A stretch of 64,000 nt of DNA from the human T2T-CHM13v2.0 reference genome, Homo sapiens. Location of the stretch: NCBI RefSeq assembly GCF_009914755.1, contig NC_060926.1. One strand, written 5' to 3'. Shown piece by piece: positions 15,210 to 29,200 of this stretch. The position numbers and the translations under genes are program-made. How positions within the stretch are numbered: position 1 is the first letter of the stretch; each line of letters starts with the position of its first letter. A model generated the notes under the pieces. It ran no database searches. It was given only the letters and a program-made list of their open reading frames with translations, and was not told the DNA's origin.

Positions 15210-17975
15210 TGCACATGTAAATAAGTTTGAAATTGGACAAAAAATAAGAGGCAGTTGTTTTCAGGCACTGGTCTACAGGCATCTCAGAACCATGATCCTT
15301 AAATAAAGGAAATACCATGATCGTTAAAGAAAAGAAATGTGGTAAGCCCCATATTTTTCCAGCCTTTCTGTCTAGGGCAATGGTCAAACCACAATGGAGA
15401 AAAAAGGCCTAACAAGGGGGCAGTGACCTCCCTGACCTGAAGAGGCAAAGACTAGAGCTTGAGGTTGCAGAAGCATCTAGAATTTGTAGGGAAAGTACAA
15501 GAGAGCCAAGAAATATACAGAGGTGGATCTAAGGAGCCTGTATGTGGAATCTCTAAGATTATTGACCAAAAATCAGGATACACATATTCGGGGCAAAACT
15601 ATGCATGGTCCAGCACAGAATGACTGGTATGGGACTGGGACATAACAGAGGTCATCCAGAGCCAGGAGGTTATACGAGTCTCCACCCAGCCCATATAGGG
15701 GAACATGTATGGGCTGGGTGACATTCCATGATATAGGTTCTCGGGCATTCCGTGAAAACCCTGGAAGGGCCATAAGTAAGAGTAAGAACTAGGCCTGAGG
15801 GTAAAGCCCTAAGACTAGAAACAAAATTAAAATTGACCTACCCTGCCTACTTCTGCATCCTGAAAGATGGAGTCAATGCACTTTTCCCTCTTCCTCTCTC
15901 TAAATACAGCCTAAAGCCCTAGACATTATATATTAAGTAAACATAAAAAGACATTAAGAGGTGGAGAGTAGAAAACAAGCTGGCTAAAGACCCAAGGGAC
16001 AGAATGGCGGTGAGCTCCTTAGGTTTTCTTTTTGTTTCACATATCCAGGCTGGGTGTTGGAGAAACCAACAATGTGGAATTGCTAATGGACACAGACAAA
16101 AAAAAAAAAAAAAAAAAAATTCCCAAAAAGTCTGCTGTCAGTCATTACAAGACCAGAAATGGGGCAGCCTAGCAAGACAGAAAACTTTTAGACCACAATC
16201 AGTCTACTCCAAGCAAATAGCAAAGAATAAAAACTGCAATCCCACACCAAACCCCATCATCAAAAGTTGAATGGAGAGTCTAGACTGACATGGTCACCTG
16301 ACTGTAATGAAGTATCCCTACCCCTCTTCATTCAGGTGGTATCAGAGAAGGCCTTGTAGCACCTCCAGTAATGAGGTCAACCATCTGCCATGTCATTAGA
16401 AGCCATATAGAGAGCAGTAAAAAGTCACTGCTGCTCATCCCAGCCAGGGTAGTGTCAGGGATTACTAATGAGGAGCCTGAAATTCCACCCCTGCCCAGCA
16501 GTAATGAGGCACCTCTTCCCCTTTGAGTGTCAGTGGCGGCCAAGTGGGGAACTGGGAGTTCCATCTCTGTGAGGCAGTGAGTAGGCAGTGAGTGGCCACT
16601 TCTCCCACCAGCACAGTATAGAGGAGGCCTATTAAAGGAGGTGACTTTAATAAGATCCAAAGTCTTATATCAAAATACTCAAAATATACAAGAATCAATT
16701 GAAAATTACTCATCAGATCAGGAACCAGAAAGATAACATCTCAAATTGAATGATAAAAGACAAGCTGTAAGTGCCTACACTGGGATGACATATATTTTAA
16801 TTAGCTGACAAAGATTTTAAAGAAATCATTATAAAAATGCTTCAGTGAGCAGTTACAACTGTGCTTGAAACAAAAAATGTTTCATAAAAAAATAGAAGAC
16901 ATAAAGAACCAAATGAAGATATTAAAACTGAAAAATACAGTAACTGAAATAAAAACTCATTGAGTGGGCTCAACACCAGAAGACAGAGAAAAGAATCAGT
17001 GAACTTGAAGAGAGAATAGAAATTACACAATATGAACAACAGAGAAAAAATAGACTGAAAAATTGAAATGAACAGAGTATCTGCAAAATATATATCTGCC
17101 AAAAGACTTAAGTCCAGAATGTACTTAAAAGCCATCCAAGTCATTAATAAAAGATTAACAACCTGATAAAAAGTAGGCAAAACCTGGAGGGTTAATAAAG
17201 GAAGGTATTCTAATGACCCAAGTAGATAGAAAAAGGTACTAACGTCCTTAGTCATCAATGAAATGCAAAATAAAACCACATTTACATGCCACTACACAAT
17301 CACTGCAATACCTCAAATTAGCAAAACACTGAAATCACCTAATATTGGCTAAGCAATTGGTAATTTCATACTTTGATAGTAGATGTGTAAAATGGCATAA
17401 CTACTTTGGAAAACCATCTGACAATTTCTTAAAAAGTTATACATACATCCATCATATGACACAGTTAATCTATTCCTAGGTATTTGCACAAGGACAACAT
17501 ATGTCTACAAATGGAATTGAGCCATAATGCTTACAGCAGCTTTATTAATAAGAGTGAAACAAAAGAAACCTTCTAATTCATCAACAGAAAAATGTCAATA
17601 AATTGTAAATGATGTATTTGTCACCAATAAAGAAAATGAACTGCTGATAAATAGAACAATATTGGTAAATCTAAAAAATATATATGTCCTGCAAAAGAAG
17701 CTGGATGCAAGAGTGCTAACTGAATTAATCCGTTTATACGAAGTTCAACAACACCGAAACGAATCTATGGTGATACAAATCAGAACACTGCTTGCCCACA
17801 AGCTGTGGGGGTAGTGGTTGACTGGAATGGGACCTGTGGGAAGTTTCTACAGGGGTGGAAATAGTCTAGGTATTGATTGGGGTGTTAAGTATGCCAATGT
17901 TTTACATTTGTCAAAATAATAAATTGTACACATTAAATCTGTGCTTTTCACTATATGCAAATTTTACCCCAACAG
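15210..17975 (+). mobile_element. Old L1M (L1MC/L1ME-type) relic: 5' region, ORF1 remnant, ORF2 3' end and 3' UTR
   Basis: ORF1-like 'aactgaaaaatacagtaactgaaataaaaactcattgagtgggctcaac'; ORF2 end 'gaaatgcaaaataaaaccac', 'tattcctaggtatttgcacaag'; may be more than one element. Confidence 0.8.
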
Positions 17976-17992
17976 GAAAAAATTTTTACTAT

Positions 17993-18065
17993 AGTAACCA
18001 TTTCACTGTGTATGTGCTTATCAAAACATCATGTTGTGCACCTTAAATATATACAATTTTTAAAA
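17993..18065 (+). mobile_element. 73-bp extreme 3' end of an L1MA/MB-type element with its own TSD
   Basis: 'aaaacatcatgttgtgcaccttaaatatatacaattttt' flanked by gaaaaaatttttactat (17976-17992) and gaaaaaatattcactat (18066-18082). Confidence 0.7.
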
Positions 18066-18464
18066 GAAAAAATATTCACTATGTTGCAGAAATAAAAATC
18101 ACATGTCTGGCAAGGAATGATGGCAGGTCAACAATGACCTGCTTACTATGAAACTTAAAAATGTTCTGTTGGCAACACTATTTGACTTATGAGAGATTGA
18201 GACTATGTGTCAAAATCAGAGGAGCCACATAAAAAAAGAAGAAAAAATAATCTAATACAGTAAATGGAAAATTCACAGGCTGTGCTGTTTGATATCTTAA
18301 AATGTAGCACTTAACGTGGATGGAATTTGTGAGGTTCTATGTTGATTTGACTTTTGAGTAAGAGGTACTTCTCAGAATGTGCTTAAAGAAATGTAAATTG
18401 TATAATGTTTATTATTTCTGTGTAAGAACTTAAGAGATAATACAGTTGCAAAATGGTATTTTTT

Positions 18465-18762
18465 GGCTGGGTGCAGTGGCTCATGCCTGTGATCCCAGCA
18501 CTTTGGGAGGCTGAGGTGGGCAGATCACTTGAGGCCAGGAGTTCAAGACCAGCCTGGCCAACATGGCGAAACCCATCTCTACTAAAACTACAGAAAATTC
18601 GCCAGGTGTGGTGGCATGCACCTGTAGTCCCAGCTGCTTGAGAGGCTGAGGTATGAGACTCGCTTGAACCCGGCAAGTGGAGGTTGCAGGGAGCCAAGAA
18701 GTCACAAGTGAACTCCAGCCTGGGCAACAGAGTAAAACCCTGTCTCAAGAGAAAAGAAAAAG
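18465..18762 (+). mobile_element. AluS
   Basis: Both arms; TSD atggtatttttt on both sides. Confidence 0.95.
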
Positions 18763-19547
18763 AGATGGTATTTTTTTCAAAATGGTTTTTATTATAATTA
18801 CTATTGTTATTGTTTGCAAAATAGCAATTAAAAGAAAACATGGATGAAGAGAAAGCAACAATGATATTTGATGAAAATGCCCTTTCCCTTACTTATCTTT
18901 CTATAAAGTTATGTTGCACTTTCAGATTTTATTTGTATTCAGAATTTGAGGAGATTTTCTCAGTGGTAACATATTGATAATTGTATGTTTTCATCAATGA
19001 CAATGCTTTATAATTAAAAATTTACTGGAAAGCTTTTTTTAAAAAATAACATATTTCTCATTTCTAACTATACCATATAAGAAATGATGATTACATATTA
19101 GGAGAGGAATTTATCCTCATCTTATTTTCAGCTCCAACAGCTCCTATCTAAGAAAAGCATTAATATCATTGCCATGCTTCTTTAAATTTGTATGTGTGTG
19201 CACGTGTGTGTTTCTGTACAAACATGACCCTCTGTTGAGCTCCTTTTATGTGTAACACACTATTCCAAGTTTTTAATCAAATTATCCCATTTCATTCCTA
19301 AGAATTCTGAAAGCTGTTTTATCCCTACTTAACACTGGGAACTCAAGCTTGGATAATTTAAATAACAACTCTAATGTCATACATGTGATAACAGATGAAG
19401 CTCAAATTTGAATCTGCTTTTATTTGACTCTAAATCCCTTTCATCTAAATTTTCAAATTGTTCTCATACACATAATTTCATTGGAATATCCCAGTATCAA
19501 TATGAAGCAGAAAAATGAAATAAAATTCTAATCAATGTGGGAATTTG

Positions 19548-19575
<28 letters not shown>
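19548..19575 (+). repeat. (AC)14 microsatellite
   Basis: Read directly from the sequence. Confidence 0.95.
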
Positions 19576-19578
<3 letters not shown>

Positions 19579-19859
19579 AGAAAACTGAAGCTTGATGAGC
19601 TTAATTACCTAAGATTTGCTGTGAACCCAGGTCTTATACTCCCAAAACATTTTGATTTTATTAAATACTTTAGAAATTGGAGATTCTTTTATTTTTAAAA
19701 GAATAAAACTACACGAAGTAAAATCAAAATCAAACTCCACTATGCAGACATTTTTTATTTCTCTAGATCACCCATGAATCTATCATCCTCCCTATGTCCA
19801 AGATACACGTCTGCCTTACGGAAAAGACTACCTCTCAATACAGAATCTGAGAAGCTATG

Positions 19860-20253
19860 GCACAGAGTTATAACCCAGGCTCCCGCAATCAGATGAATCT
19901 TCCCTGAACTATGAATCTCATGATAAAGATGCAAGAAAACAGACTCCACATAGAATCCATTGTGGTGGACTGGGGACAGGGCAGAAGCAGCAGAATGAGC
20001 ACCTGCATCCAGTTTGTAGGGACAGAAATGCCCAGAAGGTGTTGATGGCACTGGGCGCCATGATTGTGTGCAGTGGTAATGCTGTAATAGCTTTATGTGT
20101 AGTTTAGGGCATTGCTCCTGATTGCATATCCCACAAGTCAGAACTCTGGTCCTCTTGAAGACTTAATGAGCTGTTACGTATTTCCTAACAAATTTCTTTG
20201 CTACTTAAATTAGCTCATTTCTGTTGCTTGCCATTAATAACGCTGTCTGATAC
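19860..20253 (+). mobile_element. Old MLT1 (J/K/L-type) LTR fragment
   Basis: 3' end 'aacaaatttctttgctacttaaattagctcatttctgttgcttgcc...ctgataca'. Confidence 0.5.
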
Positions 20254-21384
20254 ACCCATGATTACAACAAATTTCTTATGGGAGTCTTATTTGGCTGTTT
20301 AAACAGGTATAACTCCTGAGTTTAAATATACATCGGAGTACTCTTTTTAATATTGGTAAGGAAAATGTCTTTGTCACAAGGAGAAAGGAATAAACATATC
20401 ACAAAGCAGCCAAGTTCTTTAATCTCACAGATCTACTACAGATGTTTAATAAAACTTCTCATCATTCCTTTTGTAAGAGTGTCCTAGCAAATATGTTATT
20501 ACTACGGGGAAATTTTTAAGCATAAGTGATTGAAATGACTACAGGATTTTCTGGCATCTTGAAAACAGTAACTGCAACCAAAAGTATTTTGAAATTAACA
20601 GTAATATCCAGTCACCCTCAGGAAATTCTACTTTTTAATCTTTCACCTTCAAAATTATGACCTTTAGTGTCTGCTCTTTATATGTGGGTGTGTGTTCCTT
20701 TGATTTTAATGTTTAATCAGCTTAAGGGATGACTTTCAGTTGGAAATCTGGAATTTTCTCTCTTGATGCTATTAGGATTTTAATTACAAGCTGTATTTTC
20801 CAGAATGTCTAGGCCTATAAAAACATTTTTACAATAGTTTTTTCTGGAAAAAAACTAAACATGTTACTAGGAAAATTAATCTTTATTTTGTTGGTGAACA
20901 GTAATGTATATACTGTTTTTCTTGAATGAATAAATTAGGAGGCTCCTGGAAATTTCACTGGCTATGAATTACCTTTATCTTCCTCAATAATTTAGCCAAA
21001 ATTCAATTTTTTAGTTGCTTTATGTCTTCTTGCTTTGTTTAGAAAAAGAAAAAGAAAGAATGAGAAAATGAAGGAATATAGGAAGCCAGTCAGGGTTAGG
21101 TAAACTATCCCTTCAAAGTGCCACTGGAGGGCCTGGGAAAGTTTCTGTTCATCTTTGGCTAGACCATGATATCTATAAGACCTTCCTTGTTCCACTATCC
21201 TCCATATCTGTGTCTTACCTACCTCTTCACATCCCAGGCAGAATCACTGATTTTGTTCTACCAGCTTTCTATTTTTTTTCTTCCCCATGGCTCTGTTGAA
21301 TCAAATGACTCTCCCAGTACCTGTACACTTGCACTTGGCCTAGGGACTCACATTCTGCTTAATGTCTTTCCAAATGGGATAGCT

Positions 21385-22020
21385 GTTTATTCATTTTTGT
21401 TGTTGTTCATTTTTTTTCCTTCAATCAAAGTTTCTCATCTACCCACTATGAGCCAAGCATTGTGTAGGTGTTCTACATCCCATGGTGGACAAAATAAACA
21501 TGGACTTCACTATTACAGAATGTATGACTTAGTAAAGACTTTTAAGTAAAATAACACATAAACAATTATATAGATAGTGGTACCTTCTATGAAGGAAAAG
21601 AACAGAGAGCCAAAGAAAAGTTGGAAAATGTATAGTAACAGAGGAAGCTTAATTTATGTTGAAAGATCAGTGAGGATCTATCAGAGGGGGTCACAAGCTA
21701 AAACCTGAATGATTAGAAAGGCCCAGCCATACTGTGAGTTAGCCAAGGTGAAGGTCTGCACAGGAACCTTCAATGAGCCAAGAGTTTTGTGCTTTGGGGA
21801 ACTGAAATAAAGGCAGTGGCTAGAGCAGCAAAATAAATAAGAGTTCAAACTGAAGTTCTAGAGTCCAGCCGGGGCTATACCCTGCATGGTCTTGTAGACA
21901 GAAGTTAGGAGTATAAAATTATTCGAAGTATAATAGTAAGCTACAGAATAATTTTGTACAAGCAAGTGACATTATCCAATTAATATTTAAAAGACTATTC
22001 ACAATGTGGAGAATATGCTT
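21385..22020 (-). mobile_element. L2 LINE 3' fragment
   Basis: 'cccactatgagccaagcattgtgtaggtg', 'gcaagtgacattatccaattaatatttaaaagac'. Confidence 0.72.
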
Positions 22021-22039
22021 TGAGGGTATCTGCTTTACC

Positions 22040-22580
22040 TATGAACTCAAAATTTAGTAAGTACAAAAAATTCTATGGACCTGGAGGATTTCTCTTCTCC
22101 GACTGCTCTCAGGAGCAACCGTGCAGCAGGTTGTGATACTGGTGCCAGCATGTCATGGCAAATCATCTCAAATGAATCTGTTTTTCTCTCCACTGTCATT
22201 TGGAAACTGCTTTTGAGGCCATAATAGCATTTTGAGAAAGAAGTAGCAGTGTGGCAAAATAGGCATTGTGGGATTATTAGCCACCTTGTGCCAACAGGAC
22301 AAGCTTGAGTCACGTTCCATGAATTCAACTTCTACTTGATGAAGGAGCACCCATGGCAACGCTTGGCTTCATGGCTCAGTCAATCAGATGAATCTGAATG
22401 CATGATGGACATAGCTTGGATAGCATGGTCACCTTGCATTTTGTCTCTATGAAGTCCCAGTAACAAGCTAGGGTCTGTCTCCTTTAAAAAACAATTACTT
22501 GCTGAGAAAACATGGCTTTGCTCCAAACCTCTGTAGAGCTTGCCACATGCTCAAAACAACAAACATAGTTTCCACAGATA
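22040..22580. mobile_element. Probable ERVL/MaLR internal-sequence fragment
   Basis: 'aattacttgctgagaaaacatggctttgctccaaa' resembles the recalled MLT-int; adjacent to an MLT1 LTR. Confidence 0.35.
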
Positions 22581-22581
22581 G

Positions 22582-22975
22582 TGTATCAGTTAGGTAAGAC
22601 CACTGCTATAGCAAATAACTCCCAATTCTCACTAGTTTAACACAATAAAAATTAATTGTTTAATGTCCCACTGCAATGTGAGTTATTTGAGGGCAGTGAG
22701 AAGAGAAGACTCTGCTCTAAGCTCCTTTTGCCTCTCACTCCACCACATCCTCAGAGACCTCCTGATTCCAACAGCAGTTAGGGAAAGGGGTTTTGGGAAT
22801 TTTAGTGGGCTAGACCCGTAAGCTATACACATCATTTCTGTTAACCCCACTGGGTGGAACTCAGTCACTTGACTGCACCTAAATTGGAAGGAAGACGGGA
22901 ACATGTAGTCTAGATGTGTGACCAGGAAGAAGGGAATGTGAAAATGGATGAGCACTAGCAGCCATTTGGCAAATA
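22582..22975 (-). mobile_element. Old MLT1 (J/K-type) LTR
   Basis: 'tgtatcagttaggtaagaccactgctatagcaaataactcccaattctcactagtttaacacaataaa', 'aactcagtcacttgactgcacctaa'. Confidence 0.7.
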
Positions 22976-23369
22976 TTTGAGCTCATTAGATCCAATGAGT
23001 CATAAAGGAATTGGTGACAACATCTTATTAGGTTCTAATTACATTATTCTTTCTAAACAACTCTGAGCTTTGCCAAGTTAAAAGACATTTTATCAATGTT
23101 CTATATTTATGATAAGCAATGGCTGCAGATTGCTGATCAGACCACACACAGAACAACATCCTTCCCTAGGCCCAGTGTTCTATTACCACAGAAAGAACTT
23201 TACACCAAAGCTCCACTCCAAATCTTTAGACCCATCAGTGCCCATATCTCCCTCTTCTTGGCCATTTTTGGCTTCTAGCCAACATACAAGTCCTATTGTA
23301 ATCCACTCTCTCCCAAACTTGGATTCAAACCCTGCTTCATCAAACTCATCTTCCCTTTGGTCTAGCACA

Positions 23370-23710
23370 ATGCAGGTCTGACATGATCTATGCAAGAAGA
23401 GTGGGAAGATAATTGGGTAGGAGGAGCCTCATACCATAGTGAGGTTCTGAAAAATCTTGTAGGGCTAATAAAAGCCCCTAAGCGAAGGATGACCAGGAGA
23501 GGACTCCCATGTCTGGCAGAACTGGTCTGGGTCCAGTTCTCTCATCCTGCCTAGTTATTGGTTGAGAGCAGCCAGAGGCAAGAGTGACCTTGCTGTGAAT
23601 GTCTCAATGGATCCCAAAGTTCTGGTAGCCAGAGGCTGCTAGATGACTCTGTTTCCTATAGCAATTCTATTGAAAAGAGAGATGAGAGACATAACCCCAT
23701 GGCTGCCACG
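23370..23710 (-). mobile_element. ERV-L LTR fragment (LTR16/LTR33-like)
   Basis: 'tagttattggttgagagcagcc', 'ccttgctgtgaatg', ends 'ccccatggctgccac'. Confidence 0.55.
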
Positions 23711-24570
23711 TGGGTCCTGTCAAATTCTAGTATCTCTTCTGTTTTGTCTACAGTAAGAGTCAACACAAATCTCTGTTTCTTCCTTACACCAACCTCATAT
23801 TTATTATGTTACATCTAAACTGCTGCTGATGCTATTCATAATATCAGCTAAGACCAAATTACCAAAGTTCTCTTACCTGGAATTCTGTCTATGGTAGGCC
23901 AATGAAGCATACCTCCACAAGGACCAGACCAGTCTTTTGGAAGAGAATAATTGCCTTAATTGCTAGTTGCCTTCATTCTATCTTGAGGAAAGAATACAGT
24001 TGATACTCAATGCTCTACAGAAATCAAAAGTGTAACTAAAGGGGACAAATGAGGTCAAATGGGAGCATCTAAGCTTTCAAGGATCCCGTTCTTCTTGTCT
24101 AGCTGAAGTTCAGTCTAAGATGCAAGAGAATACCTTCAAACCCATATGTAGATCCCAAACTACTATCCTGAATTTTAAAAATATTCAAACCCTCCTAAGC
24201 ATGACTGCTTCTCCCTTCTTGTCCTATCCTAGCTAATGATCCTACCATCCATTTCCAATTGCCCAGGCTAGAAACCTAGGAACCACTCAAGACTATACCC
24301 TTTCAATCCTCCCCTACCCTCAAGCAATCACCAAATCAAAAGTATTCCATCTTTCATATCTCTTATATCTACCCTCCTCACAATTCACTTGGATTAGTAC
24401 ATAAGTCTTCTCTCCATTCTTGCCTCCAGGATTGGCACTTTTCCTTTACTGTACTGCCACAGTGATATTTTCTAATTGACAATCTGGTAATAAAACTGTG
24501 ATAAATCCTTCAATGACTCCCTGCAGATTTTAGGATCAAGTTCTAACAGGAGGTGAGTGCCCAAGGCACT

Positions 24571-24926
24571 TGTGTTAGTCCATTCTCATGCTGCTGGGAA
24601 AAAATACTCAAGACTGGGTAATTTATTTTAAAAAGAGGTTTAATTGATTCACAGATCTGAATGGCTGGGGAGGCCTCAGGAAACTTACAATCATGGTGGA
24701 AGGCACCTCTTCACAGGGTGACAGGAGAGAGAATGAGTACCAAGTGAAGGAGGAAGCCCCTTGTAAAACCATCAGATCTTGTGAGAACTCATGCATTATC
24801 ATGAGAGCAGCATGGGGGAACCACCCCCATGATTCAATTATCTCCACCAGGTCTTGCCCTTGACATGTGGGAATTATTACAACTCAAGGTAAGATTTGGA
24901 TGGGGACAGAGAGCCAAACCCTATCA
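24571..24926 (-). mobile_element. THE1 (C/D-like) solo LTR
   Basis: 'tgtgttagtccattctcatgctgct...gagccaaaccctatca'; perfect 5-bp TSD gcact on both sides. Confidence 0.95.
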
Positions 24927-26054
24927 GCACTAAAGGTCTAGATCTGCCAATATTCCTAATCTGGTCTCTTCCTACTCTCTCTTAAGTCCCTCATTCCAGG
25001 CATACTAAGTGCTTCAGTCTCTCAAATGGCAAGATGGTTCTTATCTCCCTTCCACTGTGCATGCTGAGTCCTTGGACAGGACACATTTCCACCCCACCAC
25101 TGCTGTGCTGTCTCCCTCTTCTCTCAATCTCAGATCAAATCTCACCTCCTCTGAGAAGTCTGAATTGAAGACACTTCTCTTTCCTCCGATAATACCCAAC
25201 TATCACCATACTTACCCAGCCAATGGTACAAAAAAGCTTAAAGATCTGTCTGCAAGCATGCTTAACTCTTGAGGAAGTTCACTTGCTTTATTCATTCCTG
25301 TCACATTATTTACAAAAAAGTGTCAGGGAAATACTGGGCTAAATAGATATTTAAATGAGATTCTTTCTTTGAATTGACACCATAATCCCTTCTAATGAAA
25401 TTGTTAGTGGTAGACCTTCCAAAATTTCTCAAGTTATCAAGCACGTAACATTAAGATGCTTGGAGAAATAGAAATGGATCAAATTGATTATTTTAACCAG
25501 GGAAAGAGGCCAAAATATTTATTACAACCCAGTTGTTTGTAAAAGAAAAAAATACAAATTCAGTAATACTTCAGCAACTCCTAACAGTCTCTTGGCATTT
25601 AAAATGGCTCCATCTTAACTTGGACATAGAGTTTTAATTGACTTCCACTATCAAGAAAAACAGAAGCTACAAAGAAGTGAACACTTTTAGTGCAGCAGAA
25701 GCGGGATGCACATGCCTTGAGTTTTGTATTAATTATAACTTCTTCTTCACAAAAGCTTCTTTGCAGATTACAAATACCTAATCTTAAGTTATCTTATTGG
25801 CTTTTTTAAATCACCTGGTGAAGTGTATATCATTATTCCTGTCTCATAGATGAAGAAACCAAACCAGAGAAATAAGACATGCACAAAGTAAAATGCCCAT
25901 TAAATGTAAAGTTCATGCCTGTCTCCTCCATTTTTCTATTGGTCACAATCCTATAGATACTTCTCTGTCACTGATTAAATTTTCCTAAAATACACAGCTA
26001 ATTTAGTAGAAGGAGCATTCAAATTATATTCCTAATTACTAAAAACAATAGATT

Positions 26055-26285
26055 TCAGTGGTTAATAGCAGAAACTCTGCAGAGAGCTGAGGCTGAAAGC
26101 CCAGTTTGGCCACTCACTACCTATATGACCTCAACCTAAAGCCCTCTGTGCCTCAATTTCCTTATCTGCAAAACAGAGATCCACAGTACCTTCCTCAGAG
26201 AGTTGTCCTGATTATTGAACAAGTTGATAAACATAAAAGAGACTTAGAATGAAACCTATACAAAGTAAATGTCAACTATTATGTA
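26055..26285 (+). mobile_element. MIR SINE
   Basis: 'cactcactacctatatgacctc...ctctgtgcctcaatttccttatctgcaaaa'. Confidence 0.75.
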
Positions 26286-29200
26286 ACATTAAAAAATTGA
26301 TGATTCTATGGAAATAAGGACCTATGAGATTAAGTTGCATCACATAAAAAATGTATACTTCAGGGTACAATTTTTTTTCAGCTAAACGATGCCACTGAAT
26401 TTAACTGTACATTCCAAACTAATCAGACCATATTTAATTATGTTAAAATACGGATACAAAATGGGATAACTTAGATACACCATTTTAAATATGATTGACG
26501 TCTACCAGTTTTATAAACATAAGGACTTTTTAAAATCTTTGTTCCTTTTCCTAGCTAAATCAGTAGGCTGTACTCTTTTCAAATATTTAGGAATTTGTAA
26601 GGAAAGTAAAAATGCAAATTTTCCATTTGTGGAAATAAATGTTGATGAACATAAGTAATAATTGTCATAATTTTAGATTTGATGAATATTATAAATATAA
26701 AAATGTTCTGCAGAACTGTTTTTCCCTTTTTATCCACTATTTGTAAGTGTATGCTAATAAGCTATGTGTAAAGATTAATATTCCATTGCATTAAATATAA
26801 TTTTATGGTATTATACTAATTTAGAAAGATGTCTTAAGACAAATTTAACATTATTATAAAATAATGTAAAACATTGCTATCATAAAAAGTAGGAATTACT
26901 GTTATTAGTGCTTCCATACAATAAAACATTTCTATTGTAAACTTAAAACTCAAATGATTACATTTTCCTAAAGTATTAAGCAAGAATAACCAGATTTTGA
27001 AGTGTCATTTAATTTTATCGTATCTACAATATTGAGTAAATAATAAGGATTAAGAAAAATGAACCAAGATCCTGGATCTTGGCATGGACAAGTCTGAGCT
27101 CCTTTTAGTGGAATGGAAAGAAGGTGATGGGAAAAAGGTGAAGGCTGCTGAGAAGGGAGTCAAGAGGTCAGAAGGAGTGAATGGAGCAAACAAATATCTG
27201 TTTCAAAAGAATATATGAGTTGTCCTAACTGTACAAATATTTCTACCAAGCAACCGTTTAATTCCCATGAAGTCATGGCCAAAACACCCAGGAGGTAGAA
27301 CAAAGACAAGTGAGAGATATTAATCAAGACATTCCGCCACCAGTTATGGGGAAACAGCAGCATTTCAACCATGGGAGGACCAGCTATCATGAATAGCCAT
27401 CCTGGAAATGCTTACAGAACATTTAGGCTATTTAACTGGCCAGTCAGTAAACACATTGCTTCACCATAGTGATCCAAATAAATGATTCCCATTGAAAATA
27501 TTTCTCCCTGACCCTCTGGTTCTAATAATCTGACTTTGGTTATTGGAGACTCAGTTAAGCTAGACATGAAAAGCAGTCATATAATTGTGAGAAGAAAATT
27601 TAAGATTAGCATGCAGGATAATGGCATAACAACCTTTCTCATGAACCAAGAAAACACTACACATTTTTGACTTGCTCTTTTTCATCTCAGTTGCTGTAAG
27701 AAAAGCCATTTCCTTTTACTTAATACGTTCTTTCCACATTGTCTTGCTGAAAAATCCTCCTTATTCTTTACAGCATGGCTCAAAATGTCACTCTCTGACA
27801 AAAGCCTTCTCTAAATTTTGCAGGCAGAGTTAAGCAAATCCTTCCTTGTGCCTTGTTCACATTTTTGTTAAGACATTTGTTATATCACTGTAATTATTTC
27901 CAGGTTAGTCTCTAGTAGGTGATGGGCCCTGGTTGAATAGATGAATGAATGAGTAAATGAATAAATGGGATGTGTTTCGGAAGGGGAAATAACTGCTTTT
28001 GCCTCATGTAACTCCCAAAATAGCTTCTCATAATCTAGGATTTCTAAATCTTTGGGTTTATTTTTTTTTAAATTAAAGAATTGGAGACAACAGGTGGTTT
28101 CAGTTTAACTAACCTAAAATTCACTTTCCCGAGTCCATGTATTCATCTTTTTTTTTCTTGGTGGTGCCAATAGCATGCTTTGGATCAGTGACCCTTTCCT
28201 GTAAGAAAGAAAGGTCATTCTGATTTTTATTAAGTCCTAGCAATTGCCTCTTTAGCTCTCTTTGTTGTTCTGCTTACTAGAGTCTTGTGAATAGCAAATG
28301 TCATGTTCTTCTGGAATAAAAGCTTCACAGAGCTCCCCCATCCTGCTTGAAATGTTGAACAACTCTTAATTTGATTTACTGGAAAGAAAGAAATGCTGAT
28401 CAACACGCACTTCCTCCTGCGCTAAATCTAGTTAAACATGAGGAAAGGAGCAAGTGTTTGCCACTCAAAAAGCTCAAATTATACTGAAAAAAAATCAAAT
28501 TTAGGGATATTTTAACTCATGTATAAACCAAATTAAACCTTTTTCTCCTACTTCATAGGCAAGACAGAAAGAAATATGGTGGTCAAAAGAATAGACACAA
28601 TGTCTTTCCTCTTTCTTAATGAGGAATTTTTAAAATAAGGGGTCTTTTATATGGGATCATTTAATTATATACCCATGAAAGCATAATGATTTTTTAACTG
28701 CACTCTCTCTTATTCATTAGAATCATAAGGTTGGCTTTTTGCATTCAAGCTAACTTAAATATCTTTTTTTTTCCTTAAGTCCCATTCCAAAATAAAATTG
28801 TAATGTACAGATAGTGTGCACTACACAATGAAAAAATGAAGTTTGAGCACAGATAACTGATTTATTTTTGTTGAATTGCCATTTGTTCATAGATTCCCAA
28901 TGTAAGAGTAGAGACAATAAGAAGTCATTGGTATTGGACCTGCTTTTCTGGCAATAGATTAAGTAAAAAGAATTATCTAGAAATGATGCCTGAGAATACT
29001 CATTTATTCATTAAACAATCATTTGCTGTATTTCTACTATGTGACAGATACACAGTAGACACACACAACATGAGTGCTAAGGACCCAACAGGGAACTGTC
29101 AGACAAAAATGGAAACAGTTTTTGTTGTGGAAATTATAATCTACTGGTGAGAAACAGAAAAATCAAGATAAAAAAATAAATTGTATGTGAATGTATGTGA

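Noticed and set aside
16320-16640. Short recurring motifs (cagtaatgagg, gaggcc) resembling an array
   Set aside because: They belong to the internally repetitive L1M 5' region and lack the regular repeat-spacer structure of a CRISPR-like array.
16842-17279. 145-aa hydrophobic ORF that looks like a membrane protein
   Set aside because: It is the antisense translation of an A-rich L1 relic; the F/L richness is compositional.
27064-27082. Inverted repeat ccaagatcc-t-ggatcttgg
   Set aside because: 9-bp arms are expected by chance in 64 kb, and there is no supporting context.
27060-27480. Purine-rich, coding-looking stretch, possibly a processed pseudogene
   Set aside because: No recognisable protein in the frames examined, stops are present, and there is no poly-A or TSD.
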